Part shown: positions 59,115 to 64,000 of the stretch, one piece after another
Numbering within the stretch: position 1 is the first letter of the stretch
Layout: each line of letters starts with the position of its first letter
Assembly (NCBI GenBank): GCA_041664225.1
Contig: JBAYLE010000004.1
Span: 10,640 to 74,639, forward strand
Source of the DNA: Parcubacteria group bacterium
Lineage (GTDB): Bacteria > Patescibacteriota > Minisyncoccia > Moranbacterales > UBA2206
Direction: 5' to 3'
Length of the DNA: 64,000 bases
Notes under the pieces: generated by a model
The model's database searches: none
Told to the model about the DNA's origin: nothing
What the model saw: the letters and a program-made list of their open reading frames with translations, nothing else
Program-made: the position numbers and the translations under genes

Positions 59115-59570
59115 ATGCCAAAATTTATAACCGAAGAGGGTTTGAAAAAAATTAAAGACGAACTTGAAGAAAGAAAAACAACAATAAGACAAAGAATTGC
59201 CAATGCGATCAAAGAAGCCAAGGAACAGGGGGATTTGAGCGAGAACGCGGAATATTCAGAGGCCAAACACCAGCAAGCGGAAAACGAAGCGCGCATCGCG
59301 GAACTTGAGTTTTTGCTCAAAGAATCGACCGTTGTTGCTTTCAATAAATCAGTAGATGTTGTCCAGATGGGCTCCAAAGTCAAGGTGAAATTCAACGGAT
59401 CGGAAATGGAATTTCAAATTGTCGGTTCCAACGAAGCCAACCCGAGCGAAATGAAAATTTCCAACGAGTCCCCGATGGGTAAGGGTTTTATGGGGAAACG
59501 CAAAGATGATGCGGTAGAAATTGAAACTCCCGGCGGGAGGATGAAGTATAAAATCCTGGATGTAAAATAA
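59115..59570 (+). CDS. greA: Transcription elongation factor GreA
   Basis: GDLSENAEY, ISNESPMG. Confidence 0.96.
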   Translation: MPKFITEEGLKKIKDELEERKTTIRQRIANAIKEAKEQGDLSENAEYSEAKHQQAENEARIAELEFLLKESTVVAFNKSVDVVQMGSKVKVKFNGSEMEFQIVGSNEANPSEMKISNESPMGKGFMGKRKDDAVEIETPGGRMKYKILDVK

Positions 59571-59677
59571 TTTTACCAAAAAATAGTCCCGATGTACGGG
59601 ACTGTTTTTTTATTGCCAATTTTAGCTAAAAAGGGTAAAATTAGGACATGTATAGCTAAATACTAGGTGTTAAATTT

Positions 59678-61561
59678 ATGCGTGAAGATATCCTTCAAAC
59701 TAAGCTGGAAAAATTAGAGCAGATCAAAGAAGCTGGGCTGGACCCCTATCCGGAAAAAACCAAGCGGGATTTTGGCAATGGCGAAGTGCTGGCCAAATTC
59801 GACGAACTTTTGGAAAAAGAAATTACGTTGGTTGGGCGGGTGAAATCATTGCGGCTGATGGGCAATGTGGCATTTGCGCACATTGAGGACGAAACGGGGA
59901 AGATTCAACTGTTTTTGAATAATAAGGGCGCTGAAAATTATAAACTTTTCGTCAATGCGGTAGAAATTGGTGATTTTATTCAAGCATCGGGAAAACTATT
60001 TATCACCAAGGCTGGTGAAAAATCTCTAGAAGTCTCCGCCTGGTCTATTCTTTCCAAAAATATTCGGCCAATTCCGACGGAACATTTCGGTATTAAAGAC
60101 ATCGAAGAAAAGCTGCGTAAGCGTTATCTGGATCTCATGATGAATGAGGAAACACGCGAACTTTTCCACAAGAAAAATATTTTTTGGCAAACGATTCGCA
60201 ACTTCTTAGCGGGCAAAGGATTTTTGGAAGTCCAGACGCCAGTTTTGGAGCATATTCCCGGTGGAGCAGATGCGGAACCGTTTGTGACACATCACAACGC
60301 GCTGGATGCCGATTTCTACCTTCGTATCTCATTAGAGCTACCGCTCAAAAGACTTTTGGTCGGCGGATACGAAAAAGTTTTTGAAATCGGGCGAGTTTTC
60401 CGCAATGAAGGCATGGACAGAGATCATCTCCAGGAATTTGATCACATGGAATTTTACTGGGCGTATTCTGATTTAGAAAAAGGTATGGAATTTATAGAAA
60501 AAATGTATAAAGAGATTGTCGTTAAAGTCTTGGGCGGCCTTGAACATGAATATGAAGGCGAAAAAATAAATTGGGACAAAAAATTTCCAATAGTTGATTA
60601 TTTCACGGAATTCAAGAAAGAAACGAACATAGATTTAAATAAAGAAATTACTATCGAAGAGCTGAAAAAGAAAGCAGATGAGCTGAAAATTAAATATGAA
60701 AAAGGATATGGGAAAGGTCGCATGATTGATACGCTCTACAAAAAAACCGTGCGCCAGAAATTGGTTCAGCCTTGCTTTTTGACTGGACATCCATTGGAAA
60801 TTTCACCTTTGGCTAAAATTGACCCGAATAATCCAAAAAAAGTACTGCGCTTCCAAATTGTCGCTGGACGTAGCGAGCTCTGCAACGCTTTTGGCGAGTT
60901 GAACGATCCAATTGACCAAAGAAAGCGTTTTGAAAACCAGATGCAGGCGCGGGAAGCTGGGGACAAGGAAGCACAGATGATGGACGAAGATTTTGTGGAA
61001 TCTTTGGAGTATGGCATGCCGCCAGCTTTCGGTTTTGGCATGAGCGAGCGATTTTTTTCTTTCATAATGAACAGATCCGTGCGAGAGACAGTAATTTTTC
61101 CGACAGTAAGAGAAGTCACTAATGTTGAAGCAAAAGCAAAAGAAACCAAAATTGCTATGGCTATAGTCAACAAAGGATCGGATATGGAACCATGGCAAGA
61201 AATGAATACCATTGCTAATCTCAATGCCTCTTTTGCCGCCAGGGAAGGAAGGAAAATTTTGTACCAAGACAATATTTTTACCAAGGACAATGAAAAAATC
61301 AAGTTGAATATGCAGCATGCGACAATAATTAAACAAGCTGGATCAAACAAGGAGATACTAGATTTAATAAGATCAGCCAGAGAAAATAAACTCACGGCCG
61401 TTGAGTTCATTCGGGAGATGATAGTAACCTCAGATGACAAAAAAATAATCGATTCCGTTGCTGGAAAAAATGCGGACGAAGTTGAATATCTCGGGGTCTT
61501 AATCTTCGGAAAAAAAGCAGCGGTTGAAGAAATAACGTCTAAATTTGAATTGTATAAATAA
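59678..61561 (+). CDS. lysS: Lysine--tRNA ligase (class II) with C-terminal DUF2000-like extension
   Basis: RKRYLDL, FRNEG, ELCNAF, GMPPAFG; about 140 extra C-terminal residues. Confidence 0.95.
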   Translation: MREDILQTKLEKLEQIKEAGLDPYPEKTKRDFGNGEVLAKFDELLEKEITLVGRVKSLRLMGNVAFAHIEDETGKIQLFLNNKGAENYKLFVNAVEIGDFIQASGKLFITKAGEKSLEVSAWSILSKNIRPIPTEHFGIKDIEEKLRKRYLDLMMNEETRELFHKKNIFWQTIRNFLAGKGFLEVQTPVLEHIPGGADAEPFVTHHNALDADFYLRISLELPLKRLLVGGYEKVFEIGRVFRNEGMDRDHLQEFDHMEFYWAYSDLEKGMEFIEKMYKEIVVKVLGGLEHEYEGEKINWDKKFPIVDYFTEFKKETNIDLNKEITIEELKKKADELKIKYEKGYGKGRMIDTLYKKTVRQKLVQPCFLTGHPLEISPLAKIDPNNPKKVLRFQIVAGRSELCNAFGELNDPIDQRKRFENQMQAREAGDKEAQMMDEDFVESLEYGMPPAFGFGMSERFFSFIMNRSVRETVIFPTVREVTNVEAKAKETKIAMAIVNKGSDMEPWQEMNTIANLNASFAAREGRKILYQDNIFTKDNEKIKLNMQHATIIKQAGSNKEILDLIRSARENKLTAVEFIREMIVTSDDKKIIDSVAGKNADEVEYLGVLIFGKKAAVEEITSKFELYK

Positions 61562-61580
61562 CTTTTAAAATTTCAATCTT

Positions 61581-62162
61581 ATGACTAAGCAGCAGATTGA
61601 AAAAATATCCAAGAAAGTCAAAAAGCTTTTCTATAATCCTCCCAAGAAAAAGATGGACGCAGTGGAGAAGAAAATGCTACAAGATTTTTGGGATTTCCAT
61701 ATTGTGCCGGTAGCGAAAGAGAGCCGGAAAATGGCTAAAAAATACAAAGCGGACGAAAATATTGTTTGGCTGGGCGCACTTTTACACGACGTTTCACTCA
61801 CTGAGGATCGTAAAAATCATGATGAAATGAGCGCCAAAAAAGCCTATGAAATGATGATCAAAGAAGGCTTTGACAAAAAAACCGCGCTCAAGGTGAAAAA
61901 TATCGCACTCCGGCATCGTTGCCGCAAATATCATCCCAAGACACTGGAAGAAAAAATAGTAACGACAGCAGATGCCCTCAATCATTTTCTGCCGTCTTTC
62001 TATTTAGGAATCGCCGTTGTTGCTTCTGAAGAATACGCGGTAATGATGCGCAAAAATATTGAGAAATTGGAACGCGACTACCAGTATAAGATTTTTTTCA
62101 AAGACGAACAAAAGCAAGTCGCAAAAAGACTGAAAGATTTCAAGCGTTGGTTCGCGATATAA
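61581..62162 (+). CDS. HD domain protein
   Basis: ALLHDV, TADA. Confidence 0.85.
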   Translation: MTKQQIEKISKKVKKLFYNPPKKKMDAVEKKMLQDFWDFHIVPVAKESRKMAKKYKADENIVWLGALLHDVSLTEDRKNHDEMSAKKAYEMMIKEGFDKKTALKVKNIALRHRCRKYHPKTLEEKIVTTADALNHFLPSFYLGIAVVASEEYAVMMRKNIEKLERDYQYKIFFKDEQKQVAKRLKDFKRWFAI

Positions 62163-62165
62163 GCT

Positions 62166-62684
62166 ATGGAATTAAAAATTGTAAAATTTTTCAATAACTT
62201 AGGAGGCAAGCGTGTAAGCGATGTCACCGATTTTGCGAGCCGCATACCAGTGCTGGCCATTTTTTGGTCAGTTGTCGCTGTGCTGATTTTGATTTTAGAT
62301 AAAAATCAAGGAGGAGTCATTTTTTTGGCCCTGGCGATTGCGACATTTTTGCATTTTTTCATAAGCGAGGGAGTCCTTAAACATCTCTTACCCGTTTTCT
62401 TACCCAGAAGAATTAGGCCATATCTGGCTCATCCAGAGATGATTATTCCAAATGGAACCCTACATCAGAGTCCATCCTTCCCGTCCAGCCATATGTCCAT
62501 TACCCTGGGCATTCTAATGGTCTTGTTTTATTTTTATCCTGTCATCTGGCCAGTTGCTCTGCTTTATATTATTTTTATGGCCTACGCGCGTCTGCATAAC
62601 GGCATGCATTATCTGAGTGACATCATCGGTGGAATAATTCTGGGGATTTTGTATGGGATATTATCAATTTATTTAGTTAAATAA
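62166..62684 (+). CDS. PAP2 family phosphatase
   Basis: K...RP, SFPSSH, RLHNGMHYLSD. Confidence 0.9.
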   Translation: MELKIVKFFNNLGGKRVSDVTDFASRIPVLAIFWSVVAVLILILDKNQGGVIFLALAIATFLHFFISEGVLKHLLPVFLPRRIRPYLAHPEMIIPNGTLHQSPSFPSSHMSITLGILMVLFYFYPVIWPVALLYIIFMAYARLHNGMHYLSDIIGGIILGILYGILSIYLVK

Positions 62685-62687
62685 AAA

Positions 62688-63272
62688 ATGAAAAAAATTA
62701 TTTTAGCTACAACTTCACCGTATCGCCAGGAGGCATTCAAAATGCTGGACCTTGATTTTGAAGCGGCGGGAAGCGATATAGACGAAAATTTTGAAGGACG
62801 TCCGGGTCATCCGGAAGAACTGGTTTTGGAATTAGCCAAAAGAAAAGCGCAGTCAGTCGCGAAAAATTACAAAGATGGCATAGTGATCGGCTTTGATTCT
62901 ATTGGATATTTTAATAATGAAATCTTAGAAAAGCCGAAGGACAGAAGTGAGGCCTTTCAGCGGTTGCGAAAATTATCAGGCAATGTTCATAAATTTTACA
63001 CGGGCATCCATTTGATTAATATTTCTGAAAATAAAAATCTTTCCAGCGTGGCAGAAACCGAAATAAAATTACGCGAGCTTACTGACGCGGAAATCAATAA
63101 ATATCTCGATCAGGATCCCAAATTTACTACCTATGCGATTGGGTTTGATCCGTTATGCCACTATAGTTCCTCATTTACCGAGAGCATCACGGGAAGTTAT
63201 AATAATTATTTGCGCGGCATCCCGCTGGAAACAATTGTTGGATTGTTAAAAGAGGCCGGATATGATTTATGA
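62688..63272 (+). CDS. maf: Maf family nucleotide pyrophosphatase
   Basis: IILATTSPYR, DIDE, KA, EKP. Confidence 0.88.
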   Translation: MKKIILATTSPYRQEAFKMLDLDFEAAGSDIDENFEGRPGHPEELVLELAKRKAQSVAKNYKDGIVIGFDSIGYFNNEILEKPKDRSEAFQRLRKLSGNVHKFYTGIHLINISENKNLSSVAETEIKLRELTDAEINKYLDQDPKFTTYAIGFDPLCHYSSSFTESITGSYNNYLRGIPLETIVGLLKEAGYDL

Positions 63273-63691
63273 GAATAGTAATTTGTGGCAGTTCAAAATT
63301 CAGGCACGAAATGGTCGAATACAAAGAGAGGCTCGAAAAATTGGGGCATGATGTTTTTGTGCATGAACACTACATAAAATCAGTGCGAGGAGAAATGCCG
63401 GAACTGATGGAAAGGATTGGAAGAGAACATGCTGTTCTGAAAAGAGAACAAAATTATATTAGGTTATATCATGATGAGATTAAAAATAGCGACGCAGTTT
63501 TGATTTTAAATTTTGACAAAAACGGAATTAAAAACTATATCGGCGGAAACACTCTAATGGAAATCGGCTTCGCGCACGTGAATGACAAAAAGGTATTTTT
63601 GCTTAATCCGATTCCGGATGTTTCTTATGTCGATGAAATCAAAGCGATGGCCGATGTAATTTTAGACGGCGACTTAAAAAAAATTGTATGA
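63269..63691 (+). CDS. Nucleoside 2-deoxyribosyltransferase-like protein
   Basis: ICGS, SDAVLILN, YIGGNTLMEIGFA. Confidence 0.7.
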   Translation: MRIVICGSSKFRHEMVEYKERLEKLGHDVFVHEHYIKSVRGEMPELMERIGREHAVLKREQNYIRLYHDEIKNSDAVLILNFDKNGIKNYIGGNTLMEIGFAHVNDKKVFLLNPIPDVSYVDEIKAMADVILDGDLKKIV

Positions 63692-63879
63692 AAATAACCA
63701 ATAAAATTTTTGATTATGAGATCGCAATGTGCCGCAAGCTTTATAAAAAGACCAGGGGTTGTCAATGGGGGAAATGCAAAGATTGTGGCGTCGTGCCGTT
63801 ATTATATAAACTACATAGCGGTTTGTTGGTTGATAAGAAGAAAGATGTTGCCAAATTAAAAAAAGCATATTTGAAATAG
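63688..63879 (+). CDS. Small Cys-containing hypothetical protein
   Basis: CQWGKCKDCG; ATGA overlap with the previous gene. Confidence 0.6.
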   Translation: MKITNKIFDYEIAMCRKLYKKTRGCQWGKCKDCGVVPLLYKLHSGLLVDKKKDVAKLKKAYLK

Positions 63880-63930
63880 CAATTGGATTCATTTTTTGCA
63901 TTTTTTAGGGGAATATTATAAACTACCAAT

Positions 63931-64000
63931 ATGTTAGATATCAAATATATCCACGAGAACAAGGAGAAATTAAAAAAGGCCATTGAAGATAAGGGCATAA
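63931..64000 (+). CDS. serS: Serine--tRNA ligase, N-terminus (truncated by the window)
   Basis: MLDIKYIHENKEKLKKAIEDKGI, typical SerRS start. Confidence 0.75.
   Translation, partial: MLDIKYIHENKEKLKKAIEDKGI

Noticed and set aside
59648-59659. Leaderless mini-ORF MYS* before lysS as an attenuator
   Set aside because: No Lys codons and no terminator between it and lysS
31639-61440. Long antisense ORFs (e.g. 31639-32169, 34335-34952, 36004-36597, 60766-61440)
   Set aside because: Shadow frames of conserved + strand genes
1-64000. tRNA, rRNA, T-box or recognisable riboswitch
   Set aside because: No cloverleaf, rRNA or T-box (GGTGGxACCGCG) signature found by eye; a covariance search was not possible

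Overview
AT-rich bacterial chromosome segment, almost entirely on the + strand. Gene content and style (small TrbC/VirB2-type pilin, short non-discriminating AspRS, ADP-forming acetate-CoA ligase, pgk-eno-gpmI, AATTTTC-type intergenic repeats) suggest a Patescibacteria/CPR (Parcubacteria-like) genome; this is an inference. The left half (1-31.7 kb) is accessory. It holds a copper-resistance island between two identical 89-bp direct repeats, cysK, a frameshifted fold-III PLP decarboxylase, argS, a partial arginine pathway (argG, argH, argE, three acetyltransferases), a speD-speE fusion, a predicted beta-barrel protein and several gene remnants. The right half is core (proS, ispH, aspS, scpAB, mraY, glycolysis, recJ, MacAB-type ABC, greA, lysS, serS start). 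The main discovery is six unannotated leader-peptide attenuators between 8.1 and 29.8 kb, each a 23-30 aa ORF plus a G:U-rich antiterminator and an intrinsic terminator, five with their own predicted promoter. They are Cys-rich before cysK, Arg4 before argS, a related leader before the arg cluster, Leu6 before a 69-aa orphan, and two tandem HWxRR leaders before a ~270-aa orphan enzyme-like gene. Two of the leaders look leaderless. All structures were read by eye; no searches or folding computations were run.
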